From the NCBI GenBank assembly GCA_036012755.1, contig DASCPX010000027.1:64001-128000 (forward strand): DNA of 64,000 nt, in the 5' to 3' direction. Shown here one piece after another: positions 46,058 to 55,123 of the stretch; position 1 is the first letter of the stretch; each line of letters opens with the position of its first letter. The position numbers and the translations under genes are program-made. Under the pieces are notes generated by a model, which saw only the letters and a program-made list of their open reading frames with translations, was not told where the DNA came from and ran no database searches. The stretch comes from Myxococcota bacterium (GTDB taxonomy: Bacteria; Myxococcota_A; UBA796; CAJQPC01).

Positions 46058-47858
46058 CCCCAATCGAGAGCACGCTGAGGAAGGCCTCCTGTGGGACCTC
46101 GACGGAGCCCACCGCCTTCATGCGCTTCTTGCCCTTCTTCTGCTTCTCCAGGAGCTTGCGCTTGCGGCTGATGTCGCCGCCGTAGCACTTCGCGGTCACG
46201 TCCTTCCGGAGCGCCTTCACGGTGGTGCGAGCGATGACCTTCGTCCCGATCGCCGCCTGGATGGCGACCTCGTACATCTGCCGCGGGATGAACTCCTTGA
46301 GCTTCCGCGCGAGCAACTGCCCGTTGCGGAAGGACCTGCTGCGGTGGCAGATGGTCGAGAGCGCGTCGACGACCTCGCCGTTGAGGAGGATGTCGAGCTT
46401 GACGAGATCCGCGGTCTCCCAGCGGTCGATCTCGTAGTCCATGGACGCGTAGCCCCTCGTCACCGACTTCAACTTGTCGAAGAAATCGTAGACGACCTCC
46501 GCGTAGGGAATCTCGTAGACGATGACGTTGCGGCCGGCGGTCGGGACCTCGAAGCTGCACTGTGCCCCTCGCCTGTCCTGGCAGAGCTTGAACACGGCGC
46601 CGACGTGGCCGTCGGGCACGTGGATCGTCACCTTGGCGATGGGCTCGTGGATGGCGACCAGCCGGCTCAGCGGAGGCAGGCGCGAGGGAGAGTGGATCTC
46701 CACGTCCTCGCCGTCCTTGATCGAGACCCTGTAGACGACGCTGGGGGCGGTCGTGATCAGGGCCAGGTCGTACTCCCGCTCCAGCCGCTCCTGGATGATC
46801 TCCATGTGGAGCAGCCCGAGGAAGCCGACGCGGAAGCCGAAGCCGAGCGCATCCGACGTCTCGGGCTCCCAGGTGAACGAACAGTCGTTGAGCGAGAGCT
46901 TCTCGAGGGCGTCGCGGAGGTCGGAGTAGTCGCCGGACTCCACGGGGTAGATCCCGGCGAAGACCATCGGCTTGGACTCCGCGAAGCCCGGGAGGGGCTC
47001 CTCGGCGCCACCCTTCGCGTGGGTGATGGTGTCGCCGACCCGACAGTCCTCGAGCTTCTTGATGCTCGCGATGACAAAGCCGACCTCTCCCGCCGAGAGC
47101 TCGTCGCGTTGGACCGCCTCTGGTGCGAAGGCCCCGAGCTGGGTGACCTCGTGGGTGGCGCCTGTCGCCATGAGCTTGATCTTCTCTCGCGTCCGTAGCC
47201 TCCCGGCCTTGACGCGGACGAGCGCGACCACGCCGACGTAGGTGTCGAACCAGGAGTCCACGACGAGACACTGGAGCGGAGCCTCCCGGTCCTCGACGGG
47301 CGCTGGCACGAGCTTCACGACCGCCTCGAGGACGTCGACCACGCCGAGCCCGGTCTTCGCCGAGCAGAGGACCGCGTCGTCGATGTCCAGACCTACGCCG
47401 TCGTGGAGCTGCTCGAGCACGGCGTCGGGGTCGGCGCCGGGCAGGTCGATCTTGTTGATGACGGGGATGATCGCGAGGTCGTGGTCGATGGCGAGGTAGA
47501 CGTTCGCGAGGGTCTGTGCCTCGACGCCCTGGGCTGCATCGACGACCAGCAGCACCCCCTCGCAGGCGGCGAGGGAGCGGCTCACCTCGTAGCCGAAGTC
47601 TACGTGGCCAGGCGTGTCGATCAGGTTCAGCGAGTAGTCGTGACCATCCGCCCCGGTGTACGCGAGCACGCAGGTCTGAGCCTTGATCGTGATCCCGCGC
47701 TCTCGCTCCAGCTCCATCTTGTCGAGGTACTGGTCCTTCATCTCGCGCTCGGACAACAGCCCGGTGTGCTCGATGAGGCGATCTGCCAGGGTCGATTTGC
47801 CGTGGTCGATGTGCGCGATGATCGCGAAGTTGCGAATGCGCTCGATGACCGTTGGCAG
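46050..47858 (-). CDS. lepA: Elongation factor 4 LepA (probable CTG start)
   Basis: [20 protein letters not shown] lies upstream of the first [39 protein letters not shown]. Confidence 0.96.
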   Translation of the reverse strand: MPTVIERIRNFAIIAHIDHGKSTLADRLIEHTGLLSEREMKDQYLDKMELERERGITIKAQTCVLAYTGADGHDYSLNLIDTPGHVDFGYEVSRSLAACEGVLLVVDAAQGVEAQTLANVYLAIDHDLAIIPVINKIDLPGADPDAVLEQLHDGVGLDIDDAVLCSAKTGLGVVDVLEAVVKLVPAPVEDREAPLQCLVVDSWFDTYVGVVALVRVKAGRLRTREKIKLMATGATHEVTQLGAFAPEAVQRDELSAGEVGFVIASIKKLEDCRVGDTITHAKGGAEEPLPGFAESKPMVFAGIYPVESGDYSDLRDALEKLSLNDCSFTWEPETSDALGFGFRVGFLGLLHMEIIQERLEREYDLALITTAPSVVYRVSIKDGEDVEIHSPSRLPPLSRLVAIHEPIAKVTIHVPDGHVGAVFKLCQDRRGAQCSFEVPTAGRNVIVYEIPYAEVVYDFFDKLKSVTRGYASMDYEIDRWETADLVKLDILLNGEVVDALSTICHRSRSFRNGQLLARKLKEFIPRQMYEVAIQAAIGTKVIARTTVKALRKDVTAKCYGGDISRKRKLLEKQKKGKKRMKAVGSVEVPQEAFLSVLSIGDD

Positions 47859-47860
47859 GT

Positions 47861-48130
47861 CTAGGTCGCCTTGATCTTGTTCACGGCTGCGTAGAGGCGC
47901 GCGACGCGGCGGGAGGCGTTCCGCTTGTGGATGATGTTCTTGCTCGCCAGGCGCTGGATGATGCCGACGGCAGTGGGAAGAGCAGCCTCGGCAGCGGCAT
48001 GGTCGCCGGCGTCGACGGCGGCGCGAACGCGCTTGATCTCGGTCCGCATCGTGGCGCGATAGTGACGGTTACGCGTACGGCGCTTGGCGTTCTGGCGGAT
48101 GCGCTTGAGTGCGTCGGCGTGGTGAGCCAC
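47861..48130 (-). CDS. rpsT: 30S ribosomal protein S20
   Basis: [24 protein letters not shown]. Confidence 0.96.
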   Translation of the reverse strand: MAHHADALKRIRQNAKRRTRNRHYRATMRTEIKRVRAAVDAGDHAAAEAALPTAVGIIQRLASKNIIHKRNASRRVARLYAAVNKIKAT

Positions 48131-48279
48131 TTCGGCTTCCTCGGAGGTTCTGTGAAGGCCCCGGCAATTAGCATGGTGCGCTTCGATGTCAAGGCTCGGT
48201 GGTCTCGTGCAACCACGGTGACGTTGCCGCCCACTGTGGCCACGGGTAGTGTCCCTGCCCCCGACTCATAGGAGCTCAC

Positions 48280-49581
48280 ATGAAGATCTGCGTTGTGGGC
48301 ACAGGCTACGTCGGCCTCGTCGCCGGCACTTGCCTGGCCGACATGGGCCACAGCGTCATCTGCGTCGACAAGGACGTCGACAAGGTGGCGACCCTGAACT
48401 CCGGCGGCGTCCCCATCTACGAGCCGGGTCTCGACCAGCTCATCGCCCGCAACACCCGAGAAGGGCGGCTGTCCTTCACGACGGACGGCCCTGGCACGAT
48501 CGGTGCCGCGAAGGTGGCCTACATCGCCGTCGGGACGCCCTCGGCAGCGGACGGCAGCGCAGACCTCAGCGGCGTCTTCGCCGTCGCCGAGCTCATCGGT
48601 CGGAGCGCGACGGGGCCCATCACCGCCATCGTCAAGTCGACCGTGCCCGTCGGGACCGCGGACCGGGTCCGCGAGATCATGGGCCAGTACTGTGACCACT
48701 CCTTCGACGTCGTGAGCAACCCGGAGTTCCTCAAGGAGGGCGCCGCTATCGGCGACTTCATGAAGCCGGACCGCATCGTGGTCGGCTGCCGCGACGACAA
48801 GACGCGAGCAGTCGTCGAGGAGATCTACAAGCCGCTGTTGCGAACGGGGAAGCCCATTCTGTTCATGGACAACCGCTCAGCAGAGCTCTCGAAGTACGCC
48901 TCGAACGCCTTCCTGGCGACGAAGATCAGCTTCATCAACGAGCTCTCCCGCCTCTGCGAGACCGTCGGCGCGGATGTCGACGCCGTCCGGCGCGGCGCAG
49001 GCACCGACTCCCGCATCGGCCTGCGCTTCTTCTTCCCGGGGGTCGGCTACGGCGGCTCCTGCTTCCCGAAGGACGTGAAGGCGCTGATGCACATGGGCGC
49101 CGGAGTCGGCTCGCCGCTGACCATCCTCGAGGCCGTCGAGGACGTCAACCACCGACAGAAGCGCTGGATGGCGGAGAAGATCCTGGCCCGACACGACGGA
49201 GATCTGAGCGGAAAGCGCGTCGCCGTCTGGGGTCTGTCCTTCAAGCCCAACACCGACGACATGCGAGAGGCACCGAGCCTCGTGATCATCGACCTGTTGC
49301 TGGCCGCTGGCGCCAAGGTGGTCGCATATGACCCGGAGGCGATGTCCGAGGCGCACCACGACCTCGGCGACCGCATCGAGTACGCGGACTCGGCGAAGGA
49401 GTGTGCCCAGAACGCCGACGCGCTCGTGCTGGTGACCGAGTGGAACGAGTTCCGGAACCCGAACTGGGGCGAACTCGCGAAGCTCATGCGCGGCCGGGAG
49501 ATCTACGACGGCCGGAACCTCTACGAGCCAGACGACGTACGCGCAGCCGGCTTCAGCTACTCCGGAGTCGGTCGCAAGTAG
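48280..49581 (+). CDS. ugd: UDP-glucose 6-dehydrogenase
   Basis: GTGYVGL, PIYEPGL, KSTVPVGT, SNPEFLKEG, GYGGSCFPKD, FKPNTDDMRE. Confidence 0.96.
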   Translation: MKICVVGTGYVGLVAGTCLADMGHSVICVDKDVDKVATLNSGGVPIYEPGLDQLIARNTREGRLSFTTDGPGTIGAAKVAYIAVGTPSAADGSADLSGVFAVAELIGRSATGPITAIVKSTVPVGTADRVREIMGQYCDHSFDVVSNPEFLKEGAAIGDFMKPDRIVVGCRDDKTRAVVEEIYKPLLRTGKPILFMDNRSAELSKYASNAFLATKISFINELSRLCETVGADVDAVRRGAGTDSRIGLRFFFPGVGYGGSCFPKDVKALMHMGAGVGSPLTILEAVEDVNHRQKRWMAEKILARHDGDLSGKRVAVWGLSFKPNTDDMREAPSLVIIDLLLAAGAKVVAYDPEAMSEAHHDLGDRIEYADSAKECAQNADALVLVTEWNEFRNPNWGELAKLMRGREIYDGRNLYEPDDVRAAGFSYSGVGRK

Positions 49582-49584
49582 GCC

Positions 49585-50577
49585 TCACCGCGCCACGAGG
49601 TCGAGCAGGAGCCCCTCGAAGATCCGCCTGTCACCGGCGCGGTGGGAGTTCATGTCCTGGTTCGCTCGAGCGACACGGGACAGGACCATGCTCTCGTCCA
49701 GGGGGTTGGCCCGCAGGGCGGCCTCGATCTTCTTGCGCTTCCAGCCGGGCAGCTTGTAGGCCACGTCACCACCGTGCTCCATGGCGTCCTGTAGCTGGAG
49801 CAGGCGCCGCAGCTGCCAGCTGACCATCGCGATGAGACGATGCGCTTGTTTGCGCGCGCCGTGGTCCAGGAGCCGGTGCGCGGTCGCCAGCGCCCTGTCG
49901 GGGTCGGCGCTGGCGATGGCATCCGTGAGATCCCAGATCACGGCCTCGGCCAGCAGCGAGCAGACCTCGTCGATCACCTCGCTCGAGATGGGCCCGGAGC
50001 CGCCGACGTAGAGCGCGGCCTTGCCGACCTCCATGCGGACGCGCCCCAGGTCCGCGCCGACGCTCTCGATCAGCTGTTTGGCCTCGCGGGATCCCAGCGA
50101 GCAGCCCGCCTCCTTCGCGGCGTGCATCGCGAACCGGACGGGGTCCTGGTCTCTGGACTTGAAGCGGACGACGGCGCCGATCTTCTTGGCCCTCGCCTCT
50201 ATCTTCCTGCCGGGCCCCGCCTTGGGCCAGGCTCGCCCGGAGACGATGACGACCGCGCCCCGGCCCGGGTCCAGCGCAAAGGCGTGGAGCGCTTCCAGCA
50301 CCTCTGCCGAAGCCTCGGCGATGTCCCGCAGCTCCAGGACCCGGTGGGGGGAGAGCATCGGCATGGTCCGCGTCATGCCGAACAGATCAAGCGCTCGCTC
50401 CTCGCCAGCGCGGAAGACCGTGTAGTCGAAGGCACGCTGGACGCCGGACAGCGCGAACTCCGAGAGCCGGGCTGCACCCTCCTCCACCAGGAGCGCCTCG
50501 TCGCCGAGCACGACATAGAGCGGCAGGGGCTTCCCCGTCAGCAGGCCATCGATGCTCACGCTCACTCCGGTTGACAC
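49585..50577 (-). CDS. holA: DNA polymerase III subunit delta
   Basis: PLY...G.E..L, T.PM....R, L.E.VG.DL....E..K..LY, IWDLTDAI. Confidence 0.88.
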   Translation of the reverse strand: MSTGVSVSIDGLLTGKPLPLYVVLGDEALLVEEGAARLSEFALSGVQRAFDYTVFRAGEERALDLFGMTRTMPMLSPHRVLELRDIAEASAEVLEALHAFALDPGRGAVVIVSGRAWPKAGPGRKIEARAKKIGAVVRFKSRDQDPVRFAMHAAKEAGCSLGSREAKQLIESVGADLGRVRMEVGKAALYVGGSGPISSEVIDEVCSLLAEAVIWDLTDAIASADPDRALATAHRLLDHGARKQAHRLIAMVSWQLRRLLQLQDAMEHGGDVAYKLPGWKRKKIEAALRANPLDESMVLSRVARANQDMNSHRAGDRRIFEGLLLDLVAR

Positions 50578-50599
50578 TCAATAGGGTGCCGCGCAAGAT
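50571..50599 (+). promoter_or_regulatory. Putative sigma-70 promoter
   Basis: TTGACA-N17-CAAGAT upstream of the ORF at 50626. Confidence 0.4.
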
Positions 50600-50625
50600 C
50601 CTGCACCAGCCCGCGGAGATTAGAA

Positions 50626-51378
50626 ATGCTGCTCATCTGGTCCACCCTCGCGTCCGCGTCGGACTTCTCTGCGGCCGAGACGCTGCCTCACTACCTGCTC
50701 GTCCAGGACGTGGACGAGGCGCCACCCGCGGGAGACCCGAGCGCGGGGCAGCCCGAACGCGCCCGGGACTACCTCATGGAGGTCAACCTGCGCGGGCGGT
50801 ACATGGTCGTCCCCGACTCCATCCTGGACATCTGGTACTTCAACGGCTCGGACGACAACGGCGCCCACCTGGAGCGCCCCTCGATCCGTGCCTACGCGAC
50901 AGGGCTCGAGTTCTGCGTCCGGAACGACACGCAGATGGGTGCGTTCTACTTCGACTACTGGGGGAACCTCATCGAAGGAGGCTACTGGGACGACGTCGAG
51001 GATCCCGAGGACTACCTGGATGGCGACTGGATGGAGCCGTCGGAGAACTTCGGCGTCGTGAACTTCGGCATCAACTACTACTACGACATGCGCCTCGCGA
51101 AGTGGTTCTCGATCGTGGTCGGGGCCGGTCTCGGTGGTGCCTACGTCATCGGTGACCTGGAGCAGTGGGACTCAAAGGGCGGCGAGGCGGCCTACAAGGT
51201 CCACCAGGACGACCCAGACGCCCCTCCGGACGACGTCTACCGCATCCCCAGCGTGGTCCCGGTCGTGGACATCAACGCCGGCGTCAAGTTCCACATCAAC
51301 GACCGCGCGAGCATCCGGCTCGAGGGTGGACTGCACAACCTGCTCTACGGCGGCGGAGCGCTCGGCATCGTGTTCTGA
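50626..51378 (+). CDS. Putative outer-membrane beta-barrel protein
   Basis: Short signal peptide; alternating hydrophobic strands (VVGAGLGGAY, INAGVKF, IRLEGG); C-terminal Phe. Confidence 0.7.
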   Translation: MLLIWSTLASASDFSAAETLPHYLLVQDVDEAPPAGDPSAGQPERARDYLMEVNLRGRYMVVPDSILDIWYFNGSDDNGAHLERPSIRAYATGLEFCVRNDTQMGAFYFDYWGNLIEGGYWDDVEDPEDYLDGDWMEPSENFGVVNFGINYYYDMRLAKWFSIVVGAGLGGAYVIGDLEQWDSKGGEAAYKVHQDDPDAPPDDVYRIPSVVPVVDINAGVKFHINDRASIRLEGGLHNLLYGGGALGIVF

Positions 51379-51447
51379 GGGCTTGCGGTCCCCAGGAGGC
51401 TGCATTAAGCGCGGGTGGTCTGAACCCCTACTGTCGGAGCCAGCGCG

Positions 51448-51654
51448 TTGGTCAGCGTCACCGTCCGTGAAAACGAGCCCTTCGAGAAGGCCCTACGCCG
51501 CTTCCGCCGAAAGGTCGAGCGCGAGGGCATCCGCAAGGACATCAAGAAGAACAAGGTCTACCTCAAGCCTGGGGAGCGCCGGCGGCTCAAGCAGCGGCTG
51601 GCGGAGAAGCGTCGCCGCAAGGCCGCTCGCCGCGCCCAGAAGCGTCGCAGGTAG
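51448..51654 (+). CDS. rpsU: 30S ribosomal protein S21
   Basis: VRENEPFEKALRRFRRK, Y.KP.E.RR.K. Confidence 0.95.
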   Translation: MVSVTVRENEPFEKALRRFRRKVEREGIRKDIKKNKVYLKPGERRRLKQRLAEKRRRKAARRAQKRRR

Positions 51655-51657
51655 CGC

Positions 51658-52470
51658 CTACCACCGAGCAGCCCAGACGCTGCTCGTGTCTTCATAGAGC
51701 TTGGCCGCCCTCTCACGGGCGGCTTTGTTCTCCAGCGCCCAGGGCCCGTCCGCCCCCGCTGGGTAGCTCTCGTCGAAGTTCCGAAGCTCGCGCTCGAAGA
51801 CGGAGCGCTCCCCCTCGAGCACGAGCTGGTGCCGGGCGAAGTCCAGGTGCGCCACCGCAAGCCGCGGCTCGGACTCGACGGCGTTCTGGAACAGGGCTCG
51901 GGAGCGGGGCAGCTCGCGATCGAGGGGCCCCTCGACCAGCACCATCGACATCGCCTCGCCCCATGGACCCACCCATCCCTCGCTCAAGAGTCGGGACTGG
52001 CGCGCCATCAAGCGGATCACCTCCAGGTCGATCGCAGCCGCCGGACCACGCAGCTCGACCCAACGGATCCAGGCGACGAGGGTGGCGTCGAGGCACCCAT
52101 GATCCTCTTCCGTGAGCTGGCGGATCGCGCCCCCCGTGACGCGGCCGCTCCCAAACTCCACGCGGCTCTGGAAGCCCGGGTTGAGCTCGAGGCACTGGAG
52201 GCCATAGGCCCGTGCGCGCTCGTATTCGGCCGCCCGCTGGTCCGTGACATGCCCCCATGCACGCGCCGCCCAGGCCTCGGCGAGGGCCTCGAGGATGCGC
52301 GGTTCACCGGGATGCTCAGCGAGGAGACCGCGGTACATCTCGATGGCCAGATCGAGTCTCGCCAGGTCCTCGCGTTCGGCGTAGACCGCGTCCGCGCGCC
52401 CCAGTCCGGTCTCGACAGGGTCGCGAACCTCGCCTCCGCGAAGCCAGCAGGAAAGCAGGAGGACGAACAC
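51658..52470 (-). CDS. Helical-repeat lipoprotein (TatT-like/TPR)
   Basis: MFVLLLSC start; Y.RAR.YGLQCL, F..A...EP, EN....ERA..L pattern. Confidence 0.55.
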   Translation of the reverse strand: MFVLLLSCWLRGGEVRDPVETGLGRADAVYAEREDLARLDLAIEMYRGLLAEHPGEPRILEALAEAWAARAWGHVTDQRAAEYERARAYGLQCLELNPGFQSRVEFGSGRVTGGAIRQLTEEDHGCLDATLVAWIRWVELRGPAAAIDLEVIRLMARQSRLLSEGWVGPWGEAMSMVLVEGPLDRELPRSRALFQNAVESEPRLAVAHLDFARHQLVLEGERSVFERELRNFDESYPAGADGPWALENKAARERAAKLYEDTSSVWAARW

Positions 52471-52524
52471 ATGGTGAGTCTAGCGCGCCTTCCCTGCCGG
52501 CGCCTTGTGTCAGGCTCGGGGTCC

Positions 52525-52609
52525 GCCCGGGTGGTGGAACCGGTAGACACCGGGGCCTTAAAAGCCCCTGCCGCACTGCGGCGTGCGGGTTCGAGTCCCG
52601 CCCCGGGCA
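52525..52609 (+). tRNA. tRNA-Leu(TAA), CCA not encoded
   Basis: GCCCGGG/CCCGGGC acceptor stem; GGGGC-CTTAAAA-GCCCC; long variable arm; GCGGGTTCGAGTCCCGC. Confidence 0.95.
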
Positions 52610-52620
52610 CCCCCACCGCG

Positions 52621-52650
52621 TTGACACCCAGTACACCCCAGACCTACCAT
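52621..52650 (+). promoter_or_regulatory. Putative sigma-70 promoter of the dnaK paralog
   Basis: TTGACA-N18-TACCAT. Confidence 0.5.
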
Positions 52651-52714
52651 CCACCGGCAAGACGAACTCCCGGGGGCCGGAGTGCCCAGTTGCAGTGAAG
52701 CGTTGAGAGGCTGA

Positions 52715-54529
52715 ATGGGCAAGGTCATCGGCATCGACCTCGGCACGACCAACTCGGTCTGCGCCTACATGGACCGCCGGGATCCAGTTGTGATCATCAA
52801 CGCCGAGGGTGGCCGCATCACGCCATCGGTCGTCGGCATCTCGAAGAACGGCGAGCGCTTCGTCGGCGACGTCGCCAAGCGCCAGCTGCTCATCAATCCG
52901 GAAGCGACGATCCACTCCATCAAGTGCTTCCTGGGCCGCCGCTACAAGGAGGCCCTGAAGGATGTCGACCTCGTCCAGTACAAGGTCGTCGAGACGAAGA
53001 ACGGCGACTGCGCGGTCGAGATCGGCGATCGCCGCTACCTGCCCCAGGAGATCGCGGCGATGATCCTGCAGAAGCTCCGAAAGTCCGCAGAGGACTTCCT
53101 GGGTGAGCAGGTCACGGAAGCGGTCATCACCGTCCCCGCCTACTTCACGGATCGCCAGCGGCAGGCCACGAAGGACGCCGGCACCATCGCCGGCCTCGAT
53201 GTGCTCCGCATCATCAACGAGCCAACCTCCGCCGCGCTTGCCTACGTGCACAACCGCCGGAAGTCCTCGACGATCGCGGTCTACGACTTTGGCGGCGGCA
53301 CCTTCGACATCTCCATTCTCGAGGTCGACCGTGACCTTGCAGAGGTCCGGAGTACACGCGGCCACAGCCAGCTGGGCGGCGCCGACATCGACCGCAAGGT
53401 AGTCGACTGGCTGCTCGAGCAGTTCCACAAGGAACATGGCATCGACGTGAGCGACGACAAGGTCGTCCTGCAGCGCCTGCGCGACGCCGCCGAGCGCGCC
53501 AAGTTCGAGCTGTCCTCGGCGATGGACACGGACATCCACCTGCCCTTCTTGCTGGCCGACGCGTCTGGTCCGAAGCACCTCCAGTGCAGCCTCTCGCGGT
53601 ACACCTTCGAGTCCCTCGCACAGGCACTGTTCGACGAGACCATCGAGGAGTGCCAGCGCGCCCTCGACGACTGCCGGCTGACGCCCGACGACATCGACGA
53701 GGTGATCCTCGTCGGCGGCTCGTCGCGCATCCCGAAGGTCCAGGAGCTCGTGAAGGGGCTGTTCGAGCGGCCGCTGAACAAGACCTTCAACCCGGACGAG
53801 GTCGTCGCCATCGGTGCCGCGATCCAGGCGGGCATCCTCGAGGGTGACGTCAAGGCGGTCACGCTGCTCGACGTGACGAACTACTCCCTCGGCATCGAAG
53901 TCGAGGGTCGTCGCGCCGCGAAGCTCATCCCGAAGAACACGACGATTCCCGCCCAGAAGACCCAGCTCGTCTCCACGGTCGTGGACAACCAGCGCACGGT
54001 GAAGGTCCACGTCCTGCAGGGGGAGAGCCCGCTTGCCCGCGAGAACGTCTCGCTGGGCGAGTTCGAACTCCACGGTGTCGAGCCCGCCCCGCGCGGCGTT
54101 CCGCGCATCCAGGTGAAGTTCGCCATCGACGCAAACGGGATCGTGCAGGTGTCGGCCAAGGACGGACGGTCCGGCATCAGCAACGCTGTGACCATCGACG
54201 CCCCGACGGGCCTGACCCAGATGGAGATCGACGACCTGCGCCAGGAGCACGCCGCCTACGAGTCACGCGGCGAGGAGACAGAGGACATCAAGCTCCTCCG
54301 CCACCAGATCGAGAAGCAGCTCGTCTCCCTGGAGGGATTCCTCCGGGACAACCGTGGCTTCTTGCAGAAGAAGGACGTCTTCGAGATCGAGCAGGCCCTC
54401 AAGCGGGGGCGGATGGCGCTCTTGAAGTCCTCTGACAAGTCGAACCTGGATGAGCTGTCGATGTACCTCGCCCGCTTCTTCGCGCACCTCGCGGACAAGA
54501 CGGGGGCTGGCGACACTCCAGTCCACTGA
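52715..54529 (+). CDS. dnaK: DnaK/Hsp70 paralog
   Basis: MGKVIGIDLGTTNS, NAEG.R.TPSVV, TVPAYF.D.QRQATKDAG, LLDVT..SLGIE, DNQ..V..HVLQGE, APRGVP.I.V.F.IDANG; divergent lid. Confidence 0.92.
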   Translation: MGKVIGIDLGTTNSVCAYMDRRDPVVIINAEGGRITPSVVGISKNGERFVGDVAKRQLLINPEATIHSIKCFLGRRYKEALKDVDLVQYKVVETKNGDCAVEIGDRRYLPQEIAAMILQKLRKSAEDFLGEQVTEAVITVPAYFTDRQRQATKDAGTIAGLDVLRIINEPTSAALAYVHNRRKSSTIAVYDFGGGTFDISILEVDRDLAEVRSTRGHSQLGGADIDRKVVDWLLEQFHKEHGIDVSDDKVVLQRLRDAAERAKFELSSAMDTDIHLPFLLADASGPKHLQCSLSRYTFESLAQALFDETIEECQRALDDCRLTPDDIDEVILVGGSSRIPKVQELVKGLFERPLNKTFNPDEVVAIGAAIQAGILEGDVKAVTLLDVTNYSLGIEVEGRRAAKLIPKNTTIPAQKTQLVSTVVDNQRTVKVHVLQGESPLARENVSLGEFELHGVEPAPRGVPRIQVKFAIDANGIVQVSAKDGRSGISNAVTIDAPTGLTQMEIDDLRQEHAAYESRGEETEDIKLLRHQIEKQLVSLEGFLRDNRGFLQKKDVFEIEQALKRGRMALLKSSDKSNLDELSMYLARFFAHLADKTGAGDTPVH

Positions 54530-54540
54530 CATCTCTATAG

Positions 54541-54810
54541 GGGGACCCCTGCAGGTCCCCCTACGCCACCCTTCGGGCGGCTTACCCCCCCCCGGCGGCT
54601 CTGCGCCTCGCTGGCGCTTCGTTGCCAGTCTTGCAGGTCCCCCTACGCCACCCTGCGGGCGGCATACCCCTCCGGCAGCTTCGCGCCTCGCTGGCGCTTC
54701 GTTGCCAGTCTTGCAGGTCCCCCTACGCCACCCTGCGGGCGGCATACCCCTCCGGCAGCTCCGCGCCTCGCTGGCGCTTCGTTGCCCAGTGACCCCTGCA
54801 GGTCCCCCTA
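54541..54810. repeat. Intergenic ~80-bp tandem palindromic repeat array (3 full units plus a partial one; REP-like)
   Basis: TGCAGGTCCCCCTA recurs at 54550, 54632, 54712 and 54797 with near-identical intervening sequence. Confidence 0.9.
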
Positions 54811-55123
54811 AGCCAGCAGCTCCGTGGCTCCGAGTCAACCGCTGAGTCGGCACCGTCCTTCGGAGCGGCGCGGCGCTGTCGCGGCGACAAGGGAGGGCGG
54901 CGGCTCAGGGCGGGGCGGCGCTGCACTGATTCAGTGAGTCACCGGATGTAGACCCTCGGAGCAGTCCGTGCCCGTCACGGGACGGCGACCTGTCCGCCGC
55001 GACGAGTCGCGAGATCGAAGCCCGATCATCGACATCGACATCGAGACTCGGTCATCGGGTGTCGTTGTCCGCCTCGAGGTCCAGCCTCGACGCGCCACGA
55101 TCAACGTGCACCGGCCTCCTGGC

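Noticed and set aside
52661..52688. Possible CIRCE element upstream of dnaK
   Set aside because: Only ACTC...GAGTGC matches; the spacing is 10 rather than 9 nt and the outer arms do not fit TTAGCACTC-N9-GAGTGCTAA.
54541..54810. Possible CRISPR array
   Set aside because: The sequence between the repeated motifs is itself near-identical (no unique spacers), and there are no cas genes in the window.
54850..55123. Small ORFs between the repeat array and the M16 peptidase stop
   Set aside because: Only very short or shadow-continuous frames with no recognisable motif; cannot be supported.
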